Assembly (NCBI GenBank): GCA_043228905.1
Contig: JBHGNT010000014.1
Coordinates: forward strand, 17,484,001-17,548,000
DNA from: Azolla caroliniana
Taxonomy: Eukaryota; Plantae; Polypodiophyta
Length of the DNA: 64,000 nt
Reading direction: 5' to 3'
The notes beneath the pieces were generated by a model, which saw only the letters and a program-made list of their open reading frames with translations, was not told the DNA's origin and ran no database searches. The translations under genes were made by a program, and so were the position numbers. Shown here one piece after another: positions 1 to 12,823 of the stretch; position 1 is the stretch's first letter; every line of letters starts with the position of its first letter.

Positions 1-1727
1 GAATGCAGATTTATGTCATTGTCCCCAATTCAATGGATAATACATTTCTTTTACTATATATGCATGTAGGGGTTTTATGTTGGTCTTCATCATCCTTCCT
101 AACTAAGCTACATTAGTATGAGAAAATTCTCTGTGTTTATGATTTTTAGAGTGTTTGCTAGTTGGATGTGAGAGGTTGAATGTTTGTGTACGCCATCATC
201 CCCAACTAAGTTGACAAATCAAGCTCTTTTACTGAATTAATGGGGGGACTTGATGTAGGTTTTTATCATCATTGGCATGGGAGCTACATCACTTTGGACC
301 ATTTATGTTCCCCTCTTTCTCTCTCTAACATTGTTTTGGACAATAAGATAGATGGTAAGGTCAAGTTTTGTGTCTCGAGTTCAATACAGTGATTTGGCAT
401 GTTTCCTAGGAAATTTGATTTATGGTGTAACAATTTAGAAAAATATGTGAAAGTCAAGACCTTATCTTATTAGACTAATAGCACACAATTACAAGAGAAG
501 AATTGAGGTATATTGTGTATATACAATGTTTAGACCGTATAGAATGCAATGTGAAGAATGAAGGGATATGGTGGAAGTTGTTGAGGAAATAAGAGGGATG
601 AGTGTGTTGAGGAATTCCCCGTTGGGTTTTTTGGCAAGTTTAACATATACAAGTGGCATGCAAGACAAGGGCAAAGTAAATGAAGGGAAGTTTAACATAT
701 GTATGTATGTTGGACAGGGGTGATGTGGACTCCCCACGAAAATTGAAGGCTGACGTGGAAAACTATGTACTTCTTTCTACATCAATCAATCAAAATCAAA
801 TGAGAACTCTCAAGCACACATTTATAAGGTCACACTAAAACAAAACAAACCAATTAATAACAATAACGAAGAGAATTTATTTCTCTTTGCTATTACCATT
901 ATTATATATACTCTTCTGTGGTCTCAACCCCCATATCTAGCTATATATATATCTTTGATAACTAGCTAGCTAGCCTTTATCTTATCCACTAATTGGATTT
1001 CTATTAGTAGTAAAATTATCATGGTTCCCTCTTGCCCTAACAATTGTCCCCAACCAATTCTTCCTCTTAAATATCATCTCTCAGCTTCCCCCACTATTAA
1101 TCTCTACAATGATCATAATTTTCTAGCTCCTTATCATCATATTTTCATTATTACTATTACCTTTATTTCCTTGGTTAACGATATAGAAGCTCGACTTGAA
1201 GGAGTACCACCTATAATAAGTAGCTTCTCTCCCTCCTCTGTGTGCAATGCTCCCCGCCTTTTATCATAGCACATTTGAGTTTGTTTTCCACACTGTCTCC
1301 TCACATTTGTGCAACACTCCACCTTTGATCTCGCCTTACATTTGTCTCAAAGTAGTGAGTGATGTGCACCTTGAATTGAAATTATTATCATGTTACAAGT
1401 CCTGAACATGGAGAGTCATTAAACTCTACACAATATTACACTCAACTCCACACATTATATAGTAGGGGAAAATGTAGTAGTGAGTGATCTTGCAAAGGTC
1501 AAATGTGATCTCCAAGGATGATAATAAATCTATTTCTCTCTCATATACATACATATATACTTCTCTGGTAATCATTTTAAGACCGAAATCCTTGCAAAAA
1601 TTACATTATTATTTGATTTTTTCAAAATTATTGTCTATGCTTAGTATTGTTTTTTTCTTTCTACTTTTTACATGATTATACTAAGAATTAACATCAATTT
1701 GGCATTTTGGTGGTTCTTTTCTTTCAG

Positions 1728-3479
1728 GGTATTTGCATGGTTATTTAATACTCTCTCCAACTACTTATTCACAATGTGATCAAGTATATAAAATCTCTTC
1801 TTCTCGCATGTCCATGAGTGTGCCACCTCGCTTCAATACAATAATAATAAGAAGAAAGCAAAGTAGAAGAAGAAGATCAAGGAGTTTTGAACAAAAGGAT
1901 ATCATAATTACATTTTCAAGAGCACAATGGCAACTCCTCATGATGATGAGAAAGTCCAAGTTTAGAGGTAAGATCCTAATATTGAAAACTTAAGGTCGTG
2001 TAAAGTAATAAGAAAATAGTGATATTTTTTCTTTTTCTTTTTTGGGTGTTTGTAGGATGGAACATCTACGTTATTCATGATATAGTTGTTAAAGCAATTC
2101 GACACAATCTAAATTTACAATATTACTATAGTAATTATAAGAATGTGGGCAAGGAAAGCAATGGCTTGGGCTCAACTGATTCTAATGATAGAAAACTCTT
2201 ACACGTCAAGCAACCCTTATTAACAACACTCAAAAGAAAATTGATGAGTAAGCCTCTAATCCCTAATTATACTCTTAAAATCTCATTAAAAATATTCAAT
2301 AAGTAATGTTATAGAATATCAATGTTGAAATGGCCACTAAAGTTGAGCCATTTTAGAGAATCAATTTGGCCTCTTGTCATTGTCCTGTTAATATGGGGAT
2401 TCATAACCAAGAAATCTAGTAAGAAATGTAGGGTGTTCATAAGACCATTATTTATCAGTAATAGTCTAAACCAAGAAATCTAGCAAGAAATATAATGGGT
2501 ACATACGTATATATTTTTACAAGAAAAAAGATTGCAATAAGCATGGGGTGACAATTAGGGAGCACCACTTGCCTTTATCTGTATACACAACATACATACA
2601 TACGAAGTCATATGCATGTGATTAGCCCAAATCGTCAACATGTACCATACACATTTGTGGATAGTCCCATCAAACAAATATATATGCATGCATACAAACA
2701 TATAATCTCTTTTGTAATACTTAATATTTTAGGTGGGAAATATCATACAAATGGGTAGAACCTAACAAAGAGTGGACGTAAAGTCACAAAGATCTAGAAA
2801 TCTCTATACAAAATAAACTTAAGACTTTCATTGGAAAGAGAACAGAGGTGATGGAATATCAAGAGAACTGTTATAACCATGTAAAGAGAATCTAATGAAA
2901 TTTTGGAAGCCAATATATGAATCCCGTGGTTGGGTGACCATAATGGATTTGGTTCTCAAACAACCATAGCCTCCATAGAACCCAACACTTTCTCCCATTC
3001 AAAAGTATTACATGGTTGTCATGTGCAAGAAACAAAAGACAATTATAGCTGCACTATACTCTATAACAAATGCAAAACGTTTTCATCATTGCATTTACAT
3101 CATGAAGTGTCATATTCATATACATACACACATCCATTTGTTTATGAATACTAAATTTCTTGAACTAATGTCAGATGAAGAGTGCACAGATAGTGACATT
3201 GGCATATCGCAAAGTCGAGAAATATCAAGTGGAGTTCCACAATTCACCGTGCAAATCTATGCCACATGCATGGATGGTTGTGAACCATCAGATTTGCATC
3301 TCAATTGTGGATGGTTTGCATCAATGGTTGTAGTTAATCCTGGGATATTCCGGCGAGTTGCATTTAATGATTGTCTCGTAAATGCTGGTCGACCGATTCG
3401 AGAAGGACATATTTTAAGATTCACTTATCAAAATTCTTTCATGTATAAGCTCTCCTTCAAGTCAGCTAAATTTTGTTAA
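1728..3479 (+). CDS. TPD1-like (tapetum determinant 1 family) secreted cysteine-rich protein. Exons 1728-1967, 2056-2247, 3175-3479; first (signal peptide) exon not located
   Basis: The last exon encodes the TPD1 domain (EECTDSDIGISQ...VPQFTVQIYATCMDGCEPSDLHLNCGWFAS..VNPGIFRR...DCLVNAGRPI...FTYQNSFMYKLSFKSAKFC*). AG/GT sites at 1726-27, 1968-69, 2054-55, 2248-49 and 3173-74 all give phase-1 joins that keep one open frame, including an RKLL/KRKLM basic motif before the domain. The upstream exons are less certain than the domain exon. Confidence 0.8.
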
Positions 3480-5399
3480 AAAAACCCATTGGTATGTAGC
3501 ATTTGAACTTCTCTATAAGTTCTAATTATTTATTCCCATAATGTTGTTTATGTATAAGTAGTGAATTGCTAAGTTATGCATCAATAAATGAAGATTGAAG
3601 TTGAGCCATTACCTAGCTTGTGTCATGGAATCTGCATTAACTATTGCATAGCAAACCTTGTGAAACATTGTAAATCCTCTCATCTAGTAATGAAGAAAAA
3701 GTGGAAGCATTTTCAAACGAATCTTCACTATGGTAATAATGTGTAACATAACCTTTATAAATAACATCATAACATTACTTTTAATATGTTTATTGTTGTT
3801 TTTGTCCCCCTTTTTTAAATCAAAGCTTACATTGAATATCTTTTTATTCATCCAACTTACACTATACGTGAAGACAAAAGTTGTTCGGTTATTGTTCAAA
3901 CCTATACTTGGACCTTTTAATTGTTAACTCTGTGATGGATTAGATTAAATCGAGGACTAATTATTATTGCATTGATGGGAATTCAATTCATTTTCAAAAT
4001 TTTCTTACTCTATGTTAGGGTCTAGACTATTAAATCACTTGGCAAGCTTGTAGACCTTTTAGAGTATATGACTAGACAAACTCTAGTTATGATCGATCAT
4101 CTTTGGCGAGTTGCCACTTTAACATGAGAAATCATGTCTAACATAGTAACCTATAAAATGTTGACAAGTAATCATTTCACCTCTTGGCCATAGTTTGGTC
4201 TTAGCACACTCCTCAATCATTTGTGTGCCATGCATATGTTGTGATGTGTTTTATCTCTCTAGGCATTAGCCATGCATATTTTTGGCCAGGTCTATTGAAT
4301 ATTTCTAACTTGTCATCGTGTTGTAGGGCGATCTTTTATCCCCCTTTCCAAAACCCAAACTTGAAATCAGGGGTCAAACTCATATGCCATGGTATTGTCT
4401 ACATATGTGTACATGTAAAACAGAAAACTAAATTATATATATAGCTAATGGAGGGAGTTGTTTTTTTTGGAAAAAAAAACTAAATTACATACAACTTTTG
4501 AACTTCATTTGCATGAATGAAATGGATATCCATTTTCTATTTACTTTATATTTTGATCTTGATACTCTATGTTGAAATAAAGACTAGACTTATCACTCCC
4601 TCTATGCATATGCTTGTGCATATAACCTACGCCAAAGAATGTGCTCTACTTTATCACTGATATGATGTTTGGACTTACCATTATGTTTTCTATGCATAGT
4701 ATGGAATGTTTTTTTAGTTGTACTTATGAGAATCATGTTGCATATGTAGGCCCAACTACATATATAAGCATGTGTTGTTTTAGTAATCAAATTGGAATGA
4801 TGCATGTTTATTTAGAATTTTATATATATACATAATTACATGATATGTTAGGTGTGTATGGACATTGGGTATAAAATTGTGTCACAAAGAGACTAAGTAC
4901 CATTTTAGAGAACAATTCCCATCATACGTAGCACACACATATACATGAACACTAGAGGTTCCTCAATTTGAGATTAAGGAAAACTCTTTTTGAAATTTGT
5001 TAAGTGGGTTTAATTTGAATTCTAATCATTGCAAGATTTGAAACTAGGCAATAGAATTTGTTTACTTTATGGATTTACTCTATTAACACAAATGCATTAG
5101 CTATTTTTAATTCAGTGTATGAGATGTTACTACCCAAATAGAGAATGAAAGGATGGACTCATCATATTTGTGTATTTCACTAAACCAATTGTGTATGCAT
5201 AATTAAAGATATTAAGAATATGGAAATATATGCATCCATCACAACATTATTGTGGTTTTTTAGTCATTCGCACAAGTTGTTGGTGGGTTCCACAAGTATC
5301 TTGTGGTGAATAGTTAAAAGTTTTGAAATTTTCATTATCGACCCCTTTCCAACAGATGCATCCTACAACATTGTATCCTTTTAGTAACAAAGCTTTTCT

Positions 5400-6450
5400 C
5401 TCCAAAAATTTGAGTGACATTCAAACTTCTCTATCCTTGTTCTTGAGCAAGAATAAAGTTCCTCACTCATAATGGCCTAAAGGTCATGATTGGAGATAGC
5501 AAAAGAAGCAAGTCATCTCCATTTATGATATTTGTTATATATACTCATGTTTTTCAATGATTCTCACATAAATTATATGCTCAATGGATAACAATGGTGT
5601 CCACGTTAAGGTAGTGGATGGTAGGGAGTTTGTTTACACATTCTAATATAACTTTGTTTATACGCACGAGTACATAGACCAATTATCTTTCCACTTCAAG
5701 CATGACCAATACCTAGTTGCTTGTGCAATCCAAAACACCTTGAAATGGACTTTTTGTAGTTCGGATGACCAACATAGTCTACATAAGTAAAGCCAATAAC
5801 ACATGCCTTCTACTTTCCAAAGAAGATGCACAAATCTTATACCTTTTACTATTAGCCAGTTTTTTTTGCCAGGGTTTGCAATGTACCTGCTAACTATTCT
5901 TGCCACAAAGTAATCTTAGGATGTGTAGCAACCATAGGACGCATCAATTGCAAACGGTGAAGCATATGGAAATTTGACCATTTCAACATTTTCATCATAA
6001 GGTGTAGGGTTGTCTTCTACACCAAGTTTCACATATGAGGATATGGGACCCCAATTATTCACCCCTGTGATAGAAATCTAGTTATTGTATGACACTTGCA
6101 ACTTTGCAAGATTAATAATGTCCCTTTCATGGTTTTACTATTGTTTAATACTCAATCAATAGATGCATGTAGGAAACACGTTTGTCCATGTAATTGTGTT
6201 CGTCATCATACCTTCAAGAATCTTCTTTCTAACAACCAACTTAATGATTTTTGTTTTTCTATGTGCAAGTTATTAAGGGCTTTCCAAAATTCCATCTATG
6301 TGGTGTAATGTGGGGCATGGACAAATTTTAGAAAGATTTTGTACTTGTGTTTTTTCTAGATTGGATGGGGAGACGATCACATTAGAATTGACTCTTCATT
6401 ACTATCATGATTATCGTCATTATCTTTGAGTGAACCATTTCAAGAGCAAA
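5400..6450 (-). pseudogene. Highly degenerate Ty1/Copia pol remnant (RT C-terminus/RNase H)
   Basis: ORF 5658-5906 contains ARIVSRYIANPGKKNWLIVKGI, matching the Copia VSRYMANPGKEHW motif also seen in the intact element at ~40320. Boundaries approximate. Confidence 0.55.
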
Positions 6451-7584
6451 GACTTGTCAAGTAGATAAATTGGAAAATGCAAAAAAAACAAGAAACAAAG
6501 GACATGTGGCTTACAAACTAGAAAAGTCGATTTTCCACCACCGTATAAACATGTATCATGTTATGAAATAAACAAAATATTAATTATAGGGAAGTTACAT
6601 CGTATAGGCCTTGGTTACTATTCCTTAGAAATGAAACACACAGATTCAACTCTTAGTTACATTTATGTTATGCATTTAGACAAATATGAAATAAAAGCTT
6701 AGATTTAAATATATAGATTCCACACCCACACTTACGTGCAAACAACCTCTTACATAACAAAGAATTATTTCTTTTTAAAAAAAATTTACTTAACAAACAA
6801 TTCATCTGAAGCTATTTCATGAATAGCTATATCATTCTAGATCATGAAAATCCCCAAGAAAGTCGGGATAGTGAGTTTGAGGCACTTCAAGCATGCACTC
6901 CCACATTTACTACCCTATTACGCATTGCCACAACATCGTATGCTTGTTTTAACTATGTCACCTTTCTATGATTCGGCTACCTTGTCATGAAAGAGGATAT
7001 GGGAATAAAATATATTTAAGTAATTTTTGTAGGGCGATCATATACACAGAAGAGGTGGTTGTTTGAACAAAAGTTTTGTGGACATCGAAGAAAGAAAGAA
7101 GGTGTGTGAGAGTAGCATGGGACATCTTTAACACATCAAAGCATTAAACGAATTTTGTCATAAAAAAGAAATCAACAGTTACAGTAAAGAAGTTTGTTTT
7201 TATATAATTAATTCTGGTCGTTCTATTCATCCCATCCCGTCCTTCATTGATCCATTCGTCACCATTCTCCATCTTAGTTGTTAGTGTTATTTTTACCTTT
7301 TCCTTATTACTAACCTTGTCCTCCCTAGATTATAACCATCTTATCAAACTGCTTTACCCCTTTCCATCCATCAACTTTCCTCCCTATCACCACTTCGATT
7401 GAACATGCCATTATTATACCAATGTTAGCCTTGGTCTAGTTAGAGGACTTAATGGAGAACATGGAAATGTCCATGTAGGTAATTGGTATACAACATTTTC
7501 CATTGGAGTGTAAAAAACAAGGGAAATAATGCATTTCGTAAACCATAAACCAAGAAAAAAGAAATTGAAAAACTTCATCAAGAC

Positions 7585-7902
7585 CATTGTTCTAAAATAC
7601 TTAGGATACAATATGCGTAGAATATGTATGCTAAGTATTCTGGTATCTACCTTTTTTTAAATACTTGGAATATGAACATATTTTATGGATAAAATATGTG
7701 GAATAAGTTAAAATAATAATAATAATAACTTTTAACTTTTCAAAAAAATTTAGCTTTTTGGAAACATGAGATGCTTGTTAAATATGTCGAACATTTAGAA
7801 TACACGTAGAATTACATGAAATAGTGTAAAATGGCCGTTCTAAAACATAGAATATTCTAAAACAATTTCTAAACATGTTATATGTGCGTTTTAACAACTA
7901 TG
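7585..7902. mobile_element. Non-autonomous hAT-type MITE (318 bp)
   Basis: Termini CATTGTT...AACAACTATG flanked by a perfect 8-bp TSD ATCAAGAC (7577-7584 and 7903-7910). AT-rich interior shares motifs with the element at 62500. Confidence 0.85.
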
Positions 7903-8599
7903 ATCAAGACACACAAAAAATAGCTCTGATCAAAGTTGAATGACCTTCGCACTTATTGTTCACCAATAGAGCCTTCTTCGGGCTCCCCACACTTGGGCCA
8001 TTAAGTAGAGTTGGACCAACATTCATCTTAATACTAACAATGCATGTAGGTATGGATGCTCACTGACATTAAGGTTAATTACTTATGTAAGTTTCGCTTA
8101 AATGTTCTTACACTCAATACTAATCAAGATACACATAAATTAATCCATAAATTTTAACAAAGCTAAATGACTACACAATACATATAAGTGGGACAACATA
8201 TTCTTTTTACCAATATAATGAAATTTATACAATGGACTCCAAGATTTTAAGTTGAAATGCTTAATAATTGAACACTTAGGTTAGGAATGAGGGTGAATGT
8301 TTAAGAAATTAATCTCTACCTGTAAAACTATGGACATCAAGAAGAAGTATTACAATGGTTAAAAGTAACTTTTATAGTCTTTATATTTTTCTAAGGCATT
8401 TTCACATGTAAGCACCCTATTTCTTGTGCCCATTTCCGTGTACCAAAATTACCACTTCAATATCGATATCTTTGCATGTGCTAGTGAAATGTATAAATGA
8501 AGTGTAAGAAAAGCATTTGACACCACTCCAACCTAGTGATTCAAGAATCTACGTCACTTAAGTTGAATTAGAATTTCTTTGAGGAAAAAATGTAATCTA

Positions 8600-10886
8600 G
8601 AATGTTTGTGATGGAGAATGAGTTTATTGGATTGTGATGGGGTTAGAGGGGTAAGGGTAGGGTGTGTCAACAAGGATAGGATGGATTAGGTCAAGCTCTT
8701 TGCTCTTCTGAGGTACAAGACGAGAGTGAGTGTGAGAATGAGGATGAGGATTTTTATTTGAATAGTTTGATTGTAGGATCAATAACAAGACTTGACTAGG
8801 AAAAAGATTTGTTTTATGCAAACTTCCCAAATGATCCCTATTTATGATGTCCTCGGGTAGAGTTGTCTCAGGCTATCTTGTTTTTTTAAAGTTTATCTTG
8901 AGAACTTCAGTTTGACACATTTATCTCATTGAGTTGGTTCAAAACTTGACACATATTCTAGATCCCTAAAGGAAGCACCATCCCTCATTACCCTCACATC
9001 TAGCAAGGGGTGAACAAGAGATTAGGCATCACCCCAAGAAATCTCATCATTGGAAACGGTTTTCCTACTCTTGGGAAGTGGAGTACCTCTTTGATGTCTT
9101 GAATGGAAAAGTGTAACTCAATTGATGACTCGTCATGAAACAATTGCATCATAACATGGCTAGTATGATAATCATATTCGTTGATGTGAAATGTGTCTAT
9201 GGAGTTCCCAAGGGTTGGTTTCAAGGCACAATTTGAACGCCATGCATGCTAATCCAAAAGGCATTCTTCGCTCAAGGTAATCGATTATGACTTTGGCATT
9301 ATGGGCTTTACTTGTGAGCATTTGACCAATCAAGAAAATTGGGTATTTGAATGATTGACACCCATTATCTAGGTAGTAGCACACTATCACTTATGTATAT
9401 TGGGAATCCACGTTCTCTTTTAGGCTCAAGTTGAATATAGGGAGATGAATCGTGCTTAGGATTGTATTAGGGTATAGGGGTTGGCTTCATGTAGAAAGGG
9501 GGGTTATAATGATTAGCAATGTGAGGAGAGTGTAGAAGTTGTGTTTCATTTCTTGATGTATTGGGTATATAGCATGCTTGGAGAATGTGAAACAAATTTT
9601 TTTCCTATGCCCAAGTAGGAGTATAGAAACATATTAGGAGATTACGAGGTAACTTTCTATGTTAGTTTTTGATATTGGGAACCTTTGAGTGATTGTCTTT
9701 GAAAGAGAGCCATGTTTGTGGCATGACTTGGCCTATGATGTATTCAATATCATTGGATTGTAGGGGCCTTTGGAGGGGATCAACACAATCGTTTGAGTAT
9801 TATGTAACTTTGATGTATTAATATAATCCAATTAAGAGATGAAATTAAGAGAAAAAGTTTTATAAAGGGGGAGAAGTCTTTACACAGAAAAAGGGGCAAA
9901 ACTGGTAAGAATGGGTTAATAGGTACTTAGAAAGTGAAGGGCGAAAACATAAGAGAAATTGGGATCTTTGATGAAGGATTATGATAGTAAAATATGGTGT
10001 TGCAATATTTGATATCTACAACAACAAAAGGGAAGGCCAAGGCTAGATTAGTAAACATTAGGGTTTGCTTATCAAAAACTAAGAAGGATCAAAAAACAAT
10101 GTTGAAGATGGGTAATGCATCATGCCTAACAATCTAGCAAGATTCCTTGGGTGTATTGGCGAAAAAACTTCCCAAGGGACTTCTTCCTCCAAGGGCCATG
10201 GTCCATAGGATTGAGCTAAATTATCCAGGGTAGTACATCGTCCTCCGAGGCTCCTTATGGGATGGATTGCCACCAACTATAGAAGTTAAAGAGGAAATTG
10301 GAAGAACTCAAGGAAAAAGGAGTCATGTCCGTGACAAAAGGATTCATTTGACCTAGAAGGCTAATCCACTTTTGTAATCTTGATGGGACTCAAGCTCTAA
10401 AACCCCTCTAAATGGCCAAGTGAATGTGATGTACTCAGTGAATCCAAGCAATTGACAACCCCAAATAGGAGTGGAAATTTCCAAAGTCAATCCTAATCTA
10501 TGTTGATTGTGTTCCTAGATTATGGGACAACTTGTAATACTTGATTTGTATTATCACTTCCTTATTGTTCTTATTGTTAAAGTTGTCACGGAAGTATAAT
10601 AGAGAGTAGAACCAAGACGAGACTAAGAACTAGGAGAGAGAAAAAAAACAAGAACTCGACTTATGATTCCGTAACTGGTGTTGTTCACCTTGGTTAGAAT
10701 CGTGGTGGACTTGAGTATTTATACAAGAAGGTAGAGGTATGTATGCTAGCTACGAATAGAGAATGCATGAAGATGCATGCAAGCTAGGAATAGAGAATGC
10801 ATGAGGATGCATGCAAGCTAGGAACTTCCAATGTTCAATCTACCATACATGAAGTTAGATTTTATAAGAGGATGCATAGATGGATG
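8600..10886 (-). mobile_element. Probable old, degenerate LTR-retrotransposon remnant
   Basis: Fragmentary ORFs (9172-9390) weakly recall Gypsy RNase H. LTR-like sequence starts TGTCACGG near 10583 and contains a ~34-bp tandem duplication (10754-10821). No intact domains. Confidence 0.3.
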
Positions 10887-11665
10887 TGTTGAGAATCGAA
10901 TCGTCAATCCACGAAAAGATATGCTGAAATAAACAAATCTTGTGGAAATAGAAAACAACATTGCAGACATAATACACACTGCACAACGTTTTACGTGGAG
11001 GAAAACCTAAATGGGGAGAACCACGAGAACAAAGATTCCACTATACACACGAGAATACAAGATGAGATCAGAATACAATACTCTTCACACAGAGTGTATC
11101 AGCCACACAGGGCTCTTGACGTCAAACCTCACTTGGCTATTGTGCTGCTCTCTCTCACACATACACATACTCTCTCGTCTCTATCACTTACACGAACAGA
11201 GGATCACACACAATTCTATTCTACACACTCTATGTTTACCCTAAGTGTATTTATACTTATACACTGTATGGGCTATTTACAAATGTAGCCATTGTTACTA
11301 TCATTCCGATTATAACAATAATAGTCATTCAACCGATTGATCGACTAGTCGGTTCCACTAGTCGACTCTAGTGTCGATTGTCTAGTCGGCCCAAAATAGT
11401 CGGCCTTATCTTTGACCATCCGGTCGGCCCGACTAGTTGATCTCTTTGACTTGGACTCTCCCATTGTTGACTCCCCCAATCGACTCTCCATGTCTTTGAG
11501 TGTCGGCACTCGGCCAGACCAATCGATTGCTCCCATAGGAGGGACATATTCCTAACAAACTCCCCCTTCACTCCTATGGGTGGAGTCGGTTAGTCCTGTC
11601 CTCTATCGACAAGCTCTACGTTTTTCATCAGTAGGTTCTTTGTCAACATGTCGGATCCATTTTTG
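10887..11665 (-). mobile_element. Copia Z: 3' LTR (10887-11557), PPT and RNase H C-terminus; truncated by the next insertion
   Basis: TGTTGAG...CCTAACA LTR, followed on + by AACTCCCCCTTCA (PPT TGAAGGGGGAGTT on -). Minus-strand peptide NGSDMLTK matches the RNase H end of Copia D. Confidence 0.8.
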
Positions 11666-12823
11666 TGTTGGGAAATTGGTCCCTCCGGATGGGATCCGTC
11701 TATGAATGGAGAAGACCTGGTGAGAATCGGAAGAGATCCGGAAACCGGATCGGTGGACCCAGTGAGAACCGGAAGTGAAGACAAATTTGTAAATATGTCT
11801 TGAATAAGCCCATTGAGGCTACGTTTGTAAATATCCCTAGGTTCATATAACTATAAATATGACTTAGGGCAATCACTTTAGGTGTAGAAGGTTGTTGATA
11901 TTTTTGTAGGTGCATAACCATTGTACAGAGAGCAATAGAGCGAGCGAGAGAGAGAGCGTGAGAGTAGCTACGAGCACTCTTTGTTGTAACCGCCATCTGG
12001 CGAAGACCGCGAGCACGAGGTCATTGCCTCTGTGCCTCCACTTTGTATTTCCTCTCATATAGTGATAGTTGGAGTCCGTGGGTTCTCGTGGTTTTTCCCT
12101 TTCAGGGTTTTCCATGTAAACTTTCTATGTCATTTCTGTGTACTCTCTCATTTTTTCCATTTCTGTGATTCAATACTCGGTTGTGGCCGAGCAATATTCC
12201 GTGGTTCCCGACAAACTGGTATCAGAACGAACAACACAGAAAATGGAAGAATCGTTCGGTGACATGTTCAAGCTCACCGGCTCCAACTACTCAGTGTGGA
12301 AGTCGAAGATGAAGGATATGCTGGTGGTCAAAGATCTTTGGTTGCCGGTTCAATTCGGGGACAAGAGATTGGATAAGATCGATGCCACAGTGTGGGAGGT
12401 GATGCACATGAAGACGACAACATACATCCGGTGCTTCATCGATATGAGCCTGTACAACAACTTCAATGAAGAGAGAAAGGCTCATGAGCTCTGGGAGAAG
12501 ATCAACATTATGTTTCAGAACAAAAATGTTGTTAATTGGGTTTCAGTATTTTGGAAGCTAGTAAGACTCCGGTACCAAGATGGCTCCAGTATGGCGGAGC
12601 ACATGAATGCCTTCCAGAGATTGATCCACCAGGCAACCTCGTTGGAAGTACCTCTCGCCGATGAGGTACTTGCTCTACTCCTGCTCGGTTCCCTCCCGGA
12701 TAGCTGGGAGACGTTAGTTGTCACGTTGAGCAACGTCGGGTCGGAAGGAAAACATCTATCCCTAGCAAGAGTCAAGTCGAGATTGCTAGATGAGTAGGCG
12801 CGTCGGAAAGTCAAGGAGGTGAT
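11666..12823 (+). mobile_element. Copia A: 5' LTR (11666-12213), Met-i PBS (12217-12226), truncated gag (12243-12797); related to Copia D
   Basis: TGTTGGG...CCCGACA LTR, then TGGTATCAGA. Gag MEESFGDMFKLTGSNYSVWKSKMKDMLVVKDLWLPVQFG is closely similar to the Copia D gag. Premature TAG at 12795-97. Confidence 0.88.

Noticed and set aside
1021-1269. ORF as the first (signal peptide) exon of the TPD1-like gene
   Set aside because: It has a hydrophobic stretch, but the nearby donor at 1174 is phase 0 while the 1728 acceptor needs phase 1; unsupported without transcript data.
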